DNA from: an uncultured Pseudomonadota bacterium
Lineage (GTDB): Bacteria; Pseudomonadota; Alphaproteobacteria; JACZXZ01
DNA: 64,000 nt
Reading direction: 5' to 3'
NCBI GenBank assembly: GCA_963749075.1
Contig: CAVVLJ010000016.1
Coordinates: 672,001 to 736,000, forward strand
In this document: positions 20,386 to 30,001 of the stretch, one piece after another
Layout of the letters: each line of letters starts with the position of its first letter
Position numbering within the stretch: position 1 is the first letter of the stretch
Notes under the pieces: model-generated
What the model saw: only the letters and a program-made list of their open reading frames with translations
What the model was told of the DNA's origin: nothing
Database searches by the model: none
Translations under genes and position numbers: made by a program

Positions 20386-20635
20386 GCGATGCGGCATAGG
20401 ACGCGTCCGGCGCCGGATTGCTTCATCCGCGGGTGGCGGACTGCCGATCTTGCGGTCGCGGCGGCGCACTCGACCCTAATGCGACCTTGATCGGACGGCG
20501 CCGATCACGTGTCCGTATTGCCGGCCGAAAAACGTGCGATGGAGGTCGAGGCGGGCGACCGCGATAAGCGGCCGGAAGCAGGCGCACGGCCTTGCGGCGG
20601 ATCAACTCCCTGCACCGTCTCTCGGCACGCGGCGG

Positions 20636-21250
20636 CTAGTCGCCGCGGATCAACTCGGCTCTGCCGTCAGTTCCGACCTTGTAGGTCCGATCTTCCGATC
20701 GCTGCCGTCCGTCCGGTCCCATCAGCCAGTGGACATTGAGGGTCGCCGTTTCTTGGTTCCATTCGATTCCGGGCGAGGCCAACTCGACATTGTCGCGGCA
20801 GCTCGCAATCTTAAGCCGGAGCGTCTCGCGCGCGTTCTGATGGGCTATCGAGATGACGCGCAGGAACTGCTCCTTGCCGGCTTGGCAGAAAGACAAGCCC
20901 CCGGGGATCGAGCGGTAGGTGTCGGAAAGAACGATCGCGGCAGCGGGAACTTCTCCTATGACCCGCAACGCGACGACCGGCGCCGTCTCCGGCACCGTGC
21001 TGTCGCGCTCGAGCAGGGCATGAAGCGCAGCAGGTCCGCTCTCGATGCCTGGGCGGACGATGTCGAGTGTCGTCCGGTTGCCGCGCGTCCCGAGCTGAAG
21101 GATGTCGCCCGACGCGAGCCTCGCCACGAGCGGTTTCGCATCGCCGGTCTCGCCATGCGCCGCCGGTACCCAGATCGCGGCAGCGTACTCGGCGATCGGC
21201 GGCGCGATGACGAGAAGCGCGCAAGCCTCAGCCAAGAACGCGATCCGCAT
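20636..21250 (-). CDS. Hypothetical exported protein, candidate immunity protein
   Basis: N-terminal hydrophobic signal-like stretch; S..GGLSFCQAGKE...KIASC Cys pair; overlaps stop of upstream toxin-like gene. Confidence 0.6.
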   Translation of the reverse strand: MRIAFLAEACALLVIAPPIAEYAAAIWVPAAHGETGDAKPLVARLASGDILQLGTRGNRTTLDIVRPGIESGPAALHALLERDSTVPETAPVVALRVIGEVPAAAIVLSDTYRSIPGGLSFCQAGKEQFLRVISIAHQNARETLRLKIASCRDNVELASPGIEWNQETATLNVHWLMGPDGRQRSEDRTYKVGTDGRAELIRGD

Positions 21251-22055
21251 AGCACACTCCGAAATAATCCCAATGATCGCCCGATGCGGGCGGCGACGAA
21301 TAGCTCGTGCTGTCCCGTGCACGAAGGTCCTGCTCGGTCTTTCCCTTGTTGGCGGCATCCGTCATGTCCCAGCCGATATTCCCGGTCTTGGTATCGCACA
21401 GAATATCCGGATTGCGGACCCATGCCTTGGCCTTCTCGTCCCATGTGTGATAGCTGCCGCCGTTCCATCGCGAAACCGTCTCATATTCGAGCTGAACGTC
21501 CGTGTAGGTTCGCCCTTGCTGGGAAAGGTATTTCACGGCCGCGGCCCGCTTCTGGCCAAAAAGAAGAAGCCCGGCATCGATGTTGAGCTTCCAGTTCCAC
21601 ACCTGCTCATAGGTGGGGGCAGGATTGGTAAGTTGGGCCATGCCGTAGCCGTTGTCGAAAGACCGAACCGGCTCGCCCTGCGCATTGAAGTGGCGCGCTT
21701 TCGTTTCATGCTGGAGAATACTGTCGAACCCGGTACTGTTCGGTTTCGTCTGGAGATAGGTCGTCACTTGCTGCGCGGTCGGATTGGTTCCGGTGATTTT
21801 TCCGGCAAAACTTGCAGTTTCCTTGCCGGCGATCGCCGTCACGGTAAGCGTGCCGCCGAAATTCGCGAGGACGGAAAGCGCATTCCACAGATTGCCCGGC
21901 GTTGTCAGATTGCCGGTCTTGGTATACGTGCGCCAAGCGATGCTCCATTTCCAAATGTGGGCGCCGACGCCGTCCGTCTGAAACGTCAACGCCGGCCAAG
22001 TCGCATCCTGACCGATGACGAGATTCGCGCCGGCGCTTGGCGACATGATTTTCAT
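21228..22055 (-). CDS. Lysozyme/lytic transglycosylase-fold protein, candidate peptidoglycan-targeting effector
   Basis: ILQHET (catalytic Glu), GYGMAQL, NIDAG, RWNGG, YADRVL match SLT/goose-lysozyme motif order; AAGGAG SD; no signal peptide. Confidence 0.7.
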   Translation of the reverse strand: MKIMSPSAGANLVIGQDATWPALTFQTDGVGAHIWKWSIAWRTYTKTGNLTTPGNLWNALSVLANFGGTLTVTAIAGKETASFAGKITGTNPTAQQVTTYLQTKPNSTGFDSILQHETKARHFNAQGEPVRSFDNGYGMAQLTNPAPTYEQVWNWKLNIDAGLLLFGQKRAAAVKYLSQQGRTYTDVQLEYETVSRWNGGSYHTWDEKAKAWVRNPDILCDTKTGNIGWDMTDAANKGKTEQDLRARDSTSYSSPPASGDHWDYFGVCYADRVLG

Positions 22056-22504
22056 GAGGCGCTCCTTCGCAGGATTCGATTGACCCGATATTGCGGGTGG
22101 CCGATCAAAACAGCTCCTTCTGGGGAACAACAAGAACCCGATATCCACCGAGCACCCTCATAAAGGGTACAACAGATTCGCGCATCGCGGCAAACCTACC
22201 TAAAGGTTCGCCCCCTCCACCGCAGAAGCCGTAGTGCAGCACTGAAGAATTTCACATCCGCTCTAGGCTACTGGTCTGACGGCGCTGTTGCAGGGCACAA
22301 ATCTGGCGCACGGCAGGGAGCTTCGCGACCCTCCGGGTCAGGCATTGTCCAATTCGCCAACTGTACCGACCGTGGCGCCATTCCCGGCATCGACGGCGGC
22401 TGGCACCCGCTGGCAGACTCGTCGTCCGATGCCTATTATGTTATCATTCGTCAAAAGCGGGGTGCAGACGGGCGGCGCCGGGGTTCTCTAGCCTGGAGGA
22501 AGCG

Positions 22505-23044
22505 ATGCGGAGTTTTGCGGTGAGAATCGGCGGTTTGGCGGCCTTGCTCGCGCTCGCAAGCGGGCCTGCCTCAGCCATGACGCCGACCGTCCAGGTCCTG
22601 CCGGCGCCCAACAAGCCGCCCGAGGTCTTCCAGCAGGACCAGTACGTCTGCATGCAATATGCCGAGCAGCAATCCGGCGGCACGGCGGCGCAGAACCAGG
22701 CCGCCAACCAGGCCGTGGGGAGCGCCATCGTGGGCACGATCCTCGGCGCCGGGCTGGGTGCGGCGTTCGGCGGCGGCCGCGGTGCCGCCATTGGCGCCGC
22801 CTCCGGCGCCGTGGCGGGGACCACCTACGGCGTCGCCAACGCGCAGGCGGCGCAGTGGTCCATCCAGCAGCGCTACGACGTGTCCTACATGCAGTGCATG
22901 TACGCCAAGGGCAACCAGGTGCCGAACTTCGACCCCAACAACCCGCAACCCCCGCCGCCTCCGGGCAATTCCCCGCCGCCGCCGCCAAGCGGCTCGCCGC
23001 CCCCGCCGCCGAGCGGAGCACCTCCCCCGCCGCCGCCCCAATAG
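22505..23044 (+). CDS. Glycine-zipper exported protein with proline-rich C-terminal tail
   Basis: Signal peptide; DQYVC...GAGLGAAFGGGRGAAIGAASGAVAG...YMQCMYAKG; (S/N)PPPPP repeats. Confidence 0.85.
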   Translation: MRSFAVRIGGLAALLALASGPASAMTPTVQVLPAPNKPPEVFQQDQYVCMQYAEQQSGGTAAQNQAANQAVGSAIVGTILGAGLGAAFGGGRGAAIGAASGAVAGTTYGVANAQAAQWSIQQRYDVSYMQCMYAKGNQVPNFDPNNPQPPPPPGNSPPPPPSGSPPPPPSGAPPPPPPQ

Positions 23045-23181
23045 CGCCAAGGCTCAGCGCCTCGGGCTGGCGCCGCTCGCTTGCAGAGATGCGTCGGCGC
23101 GAGCCCGGGCGCCGCATTCCGTTGCCGCGAGGTAGCTGCTAGGATCGCGCCCGCGAAGGGCACCCGAGGAGAAGACGGCTC

Positions 23182-24447
23182 ATGTCGACCACGTCGGAAC
23201 GGCTGGATGCGGCCTCCCCATTGCCGGGAGCGCCGGCCGCGCGCGGCACGCTGAGCGCCGCGCGCGAGGAGCCGCGCGTTCCGCCTCGGCTGCGGCGTTA
23301 CCTCTCGCTCGAGGATTTCGAGCGCGCGGCGCGCCGCCGCTTGCCGCGCATGCTCTACGGTTTCGTCTCGGGCGGCGTCGAGAGCGATGCGGCCTTGCGC
23401 GACAACCGCCGCAGCTTCGCGGAATACGCCTTCGTCCCGCGGGTGCTCGTCGACGTCTCCGCCCGCAGCGCCGCCAAGAGCCTCTTCGGCCGCGGCTATG
23501 CCGCACCCTTCGGCATAGCCCCCATGGGCTCGAGCGCGCTCATGGCCTACCGCGGCGATTGCGCGCTCGCGCGCGCCGCCGCCTTAGCCAACATCCCGAT
23601 GATCGTGAGCGGCGCCTCGCTGATAGCACTCGAGGAGATCAGGCGCCAGGGACCGACCGCCTGGTTCCAGGCCTATCTGCCGGGCGAGCCGTCGCGCATC
23701 GAGGCGCTGGTCGAGCGGGTAGCTGTGGCCGGCTACGACACCTTCGTGCTCACCGCCGACGTGCCGGTCTCCGCCAACCGCGAGAACAACCTGCGCAACG
23801 GCTTCAGCATCCCGCTGCAGCCGAGCCTGCAGCTCGTGGGGGACGGCCTCGCCCATGCCTCCTGGCTGCTCGGCACGGCGCTCCGCACGCTCTTCAGCCA
23901 CGGCATGCCGCATCTCGAGAACATGGACGCGCGGCGCGGGCCGCCGATCCTCTCCCGCGATCTCGTGCGCGACATCGGCCCGCGCGACCGCCTCGGCTGG
24001 GAGCATCTCAAGCTCATCCGGCGCCTCTGGAAAGGGAAGCTCGTGCTCAAGGGCGTGCTCGCCAAGGAGGACGCCCGCCTGGCGCGCGAGTGCGGCGCCG
24101 ACGGCATCATCGTCTCCAATCACGGCGGCCGCCAGCTCGATGGCGCCACAGCGCCCTTGCGTGTGCTGCCCGAGATCGCGGCCGCGGCGGGCGGCATGGC
24201 GGTGATGCTCGACAGCGGCGTGCGGCGCGGCACCGACGTGCTCAAGGCATTGGCGCTCGGCGCCGATTTCGTCTTCGTCGGGCGCCCCTTCCTCTGTGCC
24301 GCCGCGGTCGGCGGCGAGGAGGCGGTAGGACACGCGATCCATCTGCTCGCGAGCGAGGTGGAGCGCGACATGGCGCTCCTCGGCGTGAGCTCGCTTGCCG
24401 AGCTCGGCCGCGAGCTCGTCATGCGCATCCCTGCCGATCGCGCTTGA
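23182..24447 (+). CDS. FMN-dependent alpha-hydroxy acid dehydrogenase/oxidase (LldD/MdlB family)
   Basis: PFGIAPMG, WFQAY, LVLKG, IVSNHGGRQLDG, DSGVRRGTD. Confidence 0.93.
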   Translation: MSTTSERLDAASPLPGAPAARGTLSAAREEPRVPPRLRRYLSLEDFERAARRRLPRMLYGFVSGGVESDAALRDNRRSFAEYAFVPRVLVDVSARSAAKSLFGRGYAAPFGIAPMGSSALMAYRGDCALARAAALANIPMIVSGASLIALEEIRRQGPTAWFQAYLPGEPSRIEALVERVAVAGYDTFVLTADVPVSANRENNLRNGFSIPLQPSLQLVGDGLAHASWLLGTALRTLFSHGMPHLENMDARRGPPILSRDLVRDIGPRDRLGWEHLKLIRRLWKGKLVLKGVLAKEDARLARECGADGIIVSNHGGRQLDGATAPLRVLPEIAAAAGGMAVMLDSGVRRGTDVLKALALGADFVFVGRPFLCAAAVGGEEAVGHAIHLLASEVERDMALLGVSSLAELGRELVMRIPADRA

Positions 24448-24458
24448 GGCGCCGCTCC

Positions 24459-25511
24459 GTGGGCAAGCGAATCGCCATCGTGGGTGCCGGCGCCGTTGGC
24501 GGCTACGTGGGTGCCCATCTCGCGCGCACGGGTGCCAACGTCCTCCTCATCGATCCCTGGCCGGAGCACGTCGAGACGATGCGGCGCCGGGGCCTCTCGG
24601 TCGAGGGCATGACCCAGGGTGAGAATTTCACCGTGCCCGTGCGCGCGCTGCACCTGACCGAGGTGCAGTCCCTCACCCGGGAGAAGGCGGTCGACATCGC
24701 CATCGTCAGCGTGAAATCCTACGATACGGAATGGGCCGCCGCGTTCATCCGTCCCTATCTGGCGCCCGACGGCTTCGTCGTCTCGATGCAGAACAGCATC
24801 AACGAGGAGTGCATCGCCGGCATCGTCGGCTGGGGCCGCACGGTGGGCTGCATCGTCAGCATGCTCGGCGCCGAGCTCGTCGAGCCGGCTCGTGTGGTGC
24901 GCGCCTCGCCGCGCGGCGACGACGGCCACGTGGGCTTGCGCGCCGGCGAGCCGCACGGCCGCATCACGCCGCGCCTCGAGGAGCTCGTGCGTCTCATCGA
25001 GTGCGCCGATTCGGCCAAGGCCACCACGAACCTCTGGGGCGAGCGCTGGTCGAAGCTCGTCATCAACTCGATGCGCAACGGCGTGTCGGCCATGACCGGC
25101 ATGAGCGGCCAGGAGCGCGACCTCGACGGCGAGGTGAGGAATCTCACCATCCGCCTCGGCGGCCAATGCATCCGCGTCGGCCAGGCGCTCGGCTACCGGC
25201 TCGAGCCGACCGGCGGTATCGATCTCGACCTGCTGGCCGCCGCAACCGACGGCGACGCCAAGGCCTATGAGACGCTCTCGCAACAGATCGTGCGGGTGGC
25301 GCGGAGCCGCAGCGAGCGCCAGCGCCCCTCCATGGGCCAGGACGTGCAGAAGGGCCGGCGCAGCGAGACCGACTTCATCAACGGCCTCGTCGCGCGCAAG
25401 GGCGTGGAGGCGGGCATCGACGCCTCGCTCCATGCGCGCGTCGACGCCATCATGCGCCAGATCGACGCCGGCAAGCTCAAGCCGGGACGGGAGCTGGCGC
25501 GGGGGCTGTAG
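24459..25511 (+). CDS. Ketopantoate reductase family protein
   Basis: GAGAVG, VKSYDT, SMQNS, WSKLVIN, SMGQD..KGRRSETDFING. Confidence 0.88.
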   Translation: MGKRIAIVGAGAVGGYVGAHLARTGANVLLIDPWPEHVETMRRRGLSVEGMTQGENFTVPVRALHLTEVQSLTREKAVDIAIVSVKSYDTEWAAAFIRPYLAPDGFVVSMQNSINEECIAGIVGWGRTVGCIVSMLGAELVEPARVVRASPRGDDGHVGLRAGEPHGRITPRLEELVRLIECADSAKATTNLWGERWSKLVINSMRNGVSAMTGMSGQERDLDGEVRNLTIRLGGQCIRVGQALGYRLEPTGGIDLDLLAAATDGDAKAYETLSQQIVRVARSRSERQRPSMGQDVQKGRRSETDFINGLVARKGVEAGIDASLHARVDAIMRQIDAGKLKPGRELARGL

Positions 25512-25516
25512 AGCGG

Positions 25517-26467
25517 CTACTCGTTCGTGAGCTTCTGCGCGCGTGCCACGAGGGTGAGGCACTCGAGCATTACCGTGCCGGCGAGGAAGGCGGTCATGCC
25601 GCCCACGTCGTGGGGCGGGCTCACGGTATTCACGTCGGCGGCCACGATGTCGAGCCCAGCCAGGCCCTGCAGGAGCGAGAGGCCCTCGCGCGCGCTGGCG
25701 CCGCCCCAGGTCGGCGTGCAGACGCCGGGTGCGCAGGATGGATCGAAGAAATCCATGTCGAAGCAGAGATAGACCGGCCGGCCGCCGAGGCGCTCGTGCA
25801 AGTGCGCAAGGGTGGCGGGGATGCCGCGCTGGAAGAGCTCGCTGCCGTCGATGAGCTCGTAGCCGAACTTTCGCGTATGCTCGAAGACGTGCTGCACCGC
25901 GAGCGGCCCGCGCGCCCCGATGTGGAGCGAGTTGCGCGCGTCGACGATGCCTTCCTCGGCGGCGCGCGTGAAGGTGGTGGCGGGGTTGTACTTGTCGAGG
26001 CCCTCGCCCTCGCCGGGATAGGTGTCCGTATGCGCGTCGATGTGGAGGAGCGCTATGTCCGGATATTTGCGGTGGAGCGCGCGCAGCTGGGGGAGGGAGA
26101 TGGAGCCGTCGCCGCCCATGGTGACCGGCACGGCGCCCGCCGCGACGATGCGCGAGACCGCCGCCTCGATGCGCGCGTGCGCCTCTAGGATGAGCGACGG
26201 CGTCACGTTCACGTCGCCGCAATCGACCACGCCCAGCCGCTCGAGCGGGTTGAAGTCCGCGGCGGGCGGCTGGTAGGGGCGCACGAGCGCCGATTGCTCG
26301 CGGATGGCGCTTGGCCCGAGGCGTGCGCCGATGCGCGTCGGATGGATGCCGCAATCGAAGGGCACGCCGAGAATGACGGCCTTGGCACCCGCGAGCTCGT
26401 AGCCGTGCGGCACCCCCATGAAGCTGCGGGTCGGGCGGAAAAGCTCTGGGTCGAAAATGCCGGCCAT
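25517..26467 (-). CDS. Agmatinase/ureohydrolase family protein
   Basis: GVPFD, GARLGP, GGDG, HIDAHTD, FDMDFFDPS.APG. Confidence 0.9.
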   Translation of the reverse strand: MAGIFDPELFRPTRSFMGVPHGYELAGAKAVILGVPFDCGIHPTRIGARLGPSAIREQSALVRPYQPPAADFNPLERLGVVDCGDVNVTPSLILEAHARIEAAVSRIVAAGAVPVTMGGDGSISLPQLRALHRKYPDIALLHIDAHTDTYPGEGEGLDKYNPATTFTRAAEEGIVDARNSLHIGARGPLAVQHVFEHTRKFGYELIDGSELFQRGIPATLAHLHERLGGRPVYLCFDMDFFDPSCAPGVCTPTWGGASAREGLSLLQGLAGLDIVAADVNTVSPPHDVGGMTAFLAGTVMLECLTLVARAQKLTNE

Positions 26468-26621
26468 GGTCCGCGGTCCTCTCGTTGCAATGCGCCGGCC
26501 CGGAGTGTGCCGGAGGGCCGCGGGCGAGCGCCAGAGCTATGGAGCCCAGGGCTGCAAGAGAGGCTGCGACAGAGGCCCTCGCCAAGCGCGCTCCGATTTG
26601 CTAAACCCTCGTAATGCTTAC

Positions 26622-26631
26622 TGGTATACAA
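26622..26631. promoter_or_regulatory. Possible GntR/FadR-family operator between divergent ureohydrolase and fhs
   Basis: Near-palindrome TGGTATACAA in an AT-rich intergenic segment. Confidence 0.35.
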
Positions 26632-26685
26632 CACACAAGGCGCTAATCACCACCCGAAATTGTAGAATAGCGAGAGGAGACGCGA

Positions 26686-28365
26686 ATGGCCGAGGTCAAG
26701 AGCGACATCGAGATCGCGCGCGAGGCGCGCCTGCAGCCCATCGAGGCGATCGGCGCCAAGCTCGGCATTCCGGCCAACGCCCTCTTCCGCTTCGGCCATT
26801 ACAAGGCGAAGGTCAGCCTCGACCATGTGGCCAGCCTCAAGGACCGCCCCGACGGCAGGCTCGTGCTGGTCACCGCGATCACGCCGACGCCCGCGGGCGA
26901 GGGCAAGACGACGACGACGGTCGGCCTCGGCGACGCGCTCAACCGCATCGGCAAGGGCGCCGCGATCTGCCTGCGCGAGCCGAGCCTGGGGCCCTGTTTC
27001 GGCGTCAAGGGCGGGGCTGCCGGCGGCGGCTATGCCCAGGTGGTGCCCATGGAGGACATCAACCTGCATTTCACCGGCGATTTCCACGCCATCACGTCTG
27101 CCAACAACCTCCTCGCCGCCATGGTCGACAACCACGTCTATTGGGGCAATCCCCTCAACATCGACGTGCGCCGCATCAGCTGGCGCCGCGTGATCGACAT
27201 GAACGACCGGGCGCTGCGCGCAATCGTCTCCTCGCTCGGCGGTGCGGCCAACGGCTTTCCCCGCGAGGACGGCTTCGACATCACGGTCGCCTCCGAGGTG
27301 ATGGCGATCTTCTGCCTCTCCAAGGACATGAACGACCTCATGCATCGCCTCGGCAACATCGTCGTGGGCCAGACGCGTGAGCGGAAGCCCGTGCGCGCGC
27401 GCGAGCTCAAGGCCGACGGCTCGATGGCCGTGCTCCTCAAGGACGCGCTGGCGCCCAACCTGGTGCAGACCCTCGAGGGCAATCCCGCCTTCGTCCACGG
27501 CGGCCCCTTCGCCAACATAGCACACGGCTGCAACTCGGTGATGGCGACCACGACCGCGCTCAAGCTCGCCGACTACGTGGTGACCGAGGCGGGTTTCGGC
27601 GCCGACCTGGGCGCCGAGAAGTTCTTCGACATCAAGTGCCGCAAGGCGGGGCTCAAGCCCGAGGCGGTGGTCATCGTGGCGACCGTGCGGGCGCTCAAGA
27701 TGCACGGCGGCGTGGCGCGCGAGGAGCTCGGCAAGGAGAATCTCGCGGCACTCGACAAGGGCTTCGCCAACTTGAAGCGCCATCTCGAGAACCTCGGCCG
27801 CTTCGGCGTGCCGGCGGTGGTGGCGATCAACCGCTTCAACTCCGACACCGCGGCCGAGCACGAGCTCATCCGCAAGAAGTGCGGCGAGATCGGCACAGAG
27901 GCCGTCCTCTGCACCCATTGGGCCGAGGGGAGCAAGGGCACCGAGGCGCTCGCGCGCACCGTGGTCAAGCTCGTCGAGAGCAAGGCGGCGCAGTTCAAGT
28001 ACCTCTATCCCGACGACATGCCGCTTCTGGAGAAGGTGCGCACCATCGCGAAGACGCTCTACGGCGCCGCGGACATCGCGGCCGAGCAGCGCGTGCGCGA
28101 CCAGCTCAAGGACTACGAGAAGAGCGGCTACGGCCACTTCCCCGTGTGCATGGCCAAAACCCAGTACAGCTTCTCGACCGATCCCAATTTGAAGGGCGCT
28201 CCCTCGGGACACGTGCTCGCCGTGCGCGAGGTGCGCCTTGCCGGCGGCGCCGAGTTCGTCGTCGCCATCTGCGGCGAGATCATGACCATGCCCGGCCTGC
28301 CCCGCGAGCCCGCCGCGCACCGCATCCGCATCAACGAGCAAGGCCTGGTCGAGGGGCTGTTCTGA
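26686..28365 (+). CDS. fhs: Formate--tetrahydrofolate ligase
   Basis: [60 protein letters not shown]. Confidence 0.98.
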   Translation: MAEVKSDIEIAREARLQPIEAIGAKLGIPANALFRFGHYKAKVSLDHVASLKDRPDGRLVLVTAITPTPAGEGKTTTTVGLGDALNRIGKGAAICLREPSLGPCFGVKGGAAGGGYAQVVPMEDINLHFTGDFHAITSANNLLAAMVDNHVYWGNPLNIDVRRISWRRVIDMNDRALRAIVSSLGGAANGFPREDGFDITVASEVMAIFCLSKDMNDLMHRLGNIVVGQTRERKPVRARELKADGSMAVLLKDALAPNLVQTLEGNPAFVHGGPFANIAHGCNSVMATTTALKLADYVVTEAGFGADLGAEKFFDIKCRKAGLKPEAVVIVATVRALKMHGGVAREELGKENLAALDKGFANLKRHLENLGRFGVPAVVAINRFNSDTAAEHELIRKKCGEIGTEAVLCTHWAEGSKGTEALARTVVKLVESKAAQFKYLYPDDMPLLEKVRTIAKTLYGAADIAAEQRVRDQLKDYEKSGYGHFPVCMAKTQYSFSTDPNLKGAPSGHVLAVREVRLAGGAEFVVAICGEIMTMPGLPREPAAHRIRINEQGLVEGLF

Positions 28366-28385
28366 TTCTGAGGCGAGCGCCGATC

Positions 28386-28870
28386 ACTCCCTCTCCTCCT
28401 TCAGGAGGAGAGGGTCGGGGTGAGGAGGCCTTCGAAGAACTCACCATGCCCGATCGCCAAACAAAGCAACGCCGCGCACCAGGCTCGAACGCCCGCGCCC
28501 GCGAGCTCCGCCGCGAGCAAACCAAAGCCGAGCAAAAACTCTGGCGCCTCCTCCGAGATCGCCAGCTCGAAGGGGCGAAATTCCGCCGCCAAATGCCGAT
28601 TGGACCCTATATCACCGACTTCGCCTGTCCGATCGCCCGTCTCGTCATCGAGCTCGATGGGGGTCAGCATGCCGATCAGCAGGCGCATGACGAGGCACGC
28701 ACGCGCATACTCGTCACGCAAGGCTATCGCGTGCTTCGCTTCTGGAACAACGAGGTGATGGAGAACCTCGAGGGCGTGGCGGAGGCGATACGGGCTGCGC
28801 TCCGGGCGTAACGGCTTGGCTTCGACACCTCCTCACCCCGACCCTCTCCTCCTAAAGGAGGAGAGGGAGT
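28386..28870. mobile_element. Putative autonomous element: DUF559 nuclease gene between 43-bp hairpin-containing terminal inverted repeats
   Basis: Left 28386-28428 ACTCCCTCTCCTCCttcaGGAGGAGAGGGtcggGGTGAGGAGG; right 28828-28870 is its reverse complement with one mismatch in the loop; no target-site duplication seen. Confidence 0.75.
28446..28811 (+). CDS. DUF559 / Vsr-like endonuclease domain protein (121 aa)
   Basis: RARELRREQT.AE..LW..LR, KFRRQ.PIGPYI.DF.C...RLVIELDGGQH, D..R...L...GYRVLRFWNNEV. Confidence 0.92.
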   Translation: MPDRQTKQRRAPGSNARARELRREQTKAEQKLWRLLRDRQLEGAKFRRQMPIGPYITDFACPIARLVIELDGGQHADQQAHDEARTRILVTQGYRVLRFWNNEVMENLEGVAEAIRAALRA

Positions 28871-29991
28871 CATGCGAACTCGCGGCGGATCGCCGCGCTG
28901 TGCTCGCCCAAGGCGGGGACCTTGCCGAGGGGCTCGGCGGGCTCGTCCGGGTGGCGCACGGGAGGGGCGATGAGCTCGATGGCGCCGGCCTCGCTCGCGA
29001 CCGTGGTGCGGCGGAGCTGGGGATGGCGGCTCGCGGCGGCGACGCCGTTGAGCGTGCCGAAGGCGATGCCGAAGCGCCTGAGCTTGGCGATGAGAGCCTC
29101 GCGCTCGAGCGAGGTGAAGGTGCGGGCGATCACGGCGTCGAGTGCGGCGCGGTTGGCGAAGCGGTCGGGGGGGCCGGCGAAACGCGGGTCGTCGGCGAGT
29201 GCAGGATCCTCGAGCACGCCCGAGCAAAGTGCCCGCCACTCGCGCTCGTTCTGGATCGAGATGACGACGGGCTCGCCCCGCGTCGGGTAGGCGCCGTAGG
29301 GTGCGATCGAGTGGTGGCTGATGCCGACGCGCGGCACCACCACGCCGCTGTGGATGTACTGGAGGAGGAGGGGCGACATCCAGTCGGCGACGGTGTCGAA
29401 GAGCGAGACCTGCACCCCGCTGCCGCGCCCGCTCCGCGTGCGCGCATGGAGCGCCTCGAGGAGTGCCGAATAGGCGGTGAGGCCGGTCGAGATGTCGCAG
29501 ATCGAGACGCCGACGCGGCCCGGCGCCTCGGGCGTGCCCGTCACCGCGGCGAGGCCGCTTTCGGCCTGCACCAGGAGGTCGTAGGCCTTCATCTCGCGGT
29601 AGGGCCCCTCCTCGCCGTAGCCCGAGATGTCGCAGGTGACGAGACGCGGGTACGCCGCGCGCAAGTTCGCCGAGCCGAAGCCCGCGCGCTCGGCGGCACC
29701 GGGGGCGAGGTTCTGGATGAAGACGTCGGCTCTGGCGAGGATGCGGCCGAGGAGGCGGGCGTCCTCCGCCTCCTTGATGTCGAGCTGAAGCGACTCCTTG
29801 CCGCGGTTGAGCCAGACGAAATACGAGCAAAGCCCGTTGACATAGTCGTCGTAGCGCCGCGCGAAGTCGCCCTCGGGCCGCTCGATCTTGATGACGCGCG
29901 CGCCGGCGTCGGCGAACTTGACGCTGCAGAAGGGTGCGGCGACCGCCTGCTCGAGGGAGACGACGAGGAGGCCTGACAGCGGCTTCGTCAC
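28870..29991 (-). CDS. CaiB/BaiF family III CoA-transferase
   Basis: LEQAVAAP, GARVIKIE, LNRGKES, QNLAPG, AYDLLVQAESG, PALGEH; GTG start inferred. Confidence 0.92.
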   Translation of the reverse strand: MTKPLSGLLVVSLEQAVAAPFCSVKFADAGARVIKIERPEGDFARRYDDYVNGLCSYFVWLNRGKESLQLDIKEAEDARLLGRILARADVFIQNLAPGAAERAGFGSANLRAAYPRLVTCDISGYGEEGPYREMKAYDLLVQAESGLAAVTGTPEAPGRVGVSICDISTGLTAYSALLEALHARTRSGRGSGVQVSLFDTVADWMSPLLLQYIHSGVVVPRVGISHHSIAPYGAYPTRGEPVVISIQNEREWRALCSGVLEDPALADDPRFAGPPDRFANRAALDAVIARTFTSLEREALIAKLRRFGIAFGTLNGVAAASRHPQLRRTTVASEAGAIELIAPPVRHPDEPAEPLGKVPALGEHSAAIRREFA

Positions 29992-30001
29992 GGCGGCGGC
30001 C

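Noticed and set aside
22401-22416. Sigma-54 promoter TGGCAC...
   Set aside because: GG-to-GC spacing is 9 nt rather than the required 10.
26470-26685. Possible THF/ZTP riboswitch upstream of fhs
   Set aside because: No consensus elements recognisable by eye; an Rfam scan would be needed.
27636-28811. 391-aa ORF ending in DUF559
   Set aside because: The upstream part is an off-frame read of fhs and the repeat; the DUF559 domain begins at ATG 28446.
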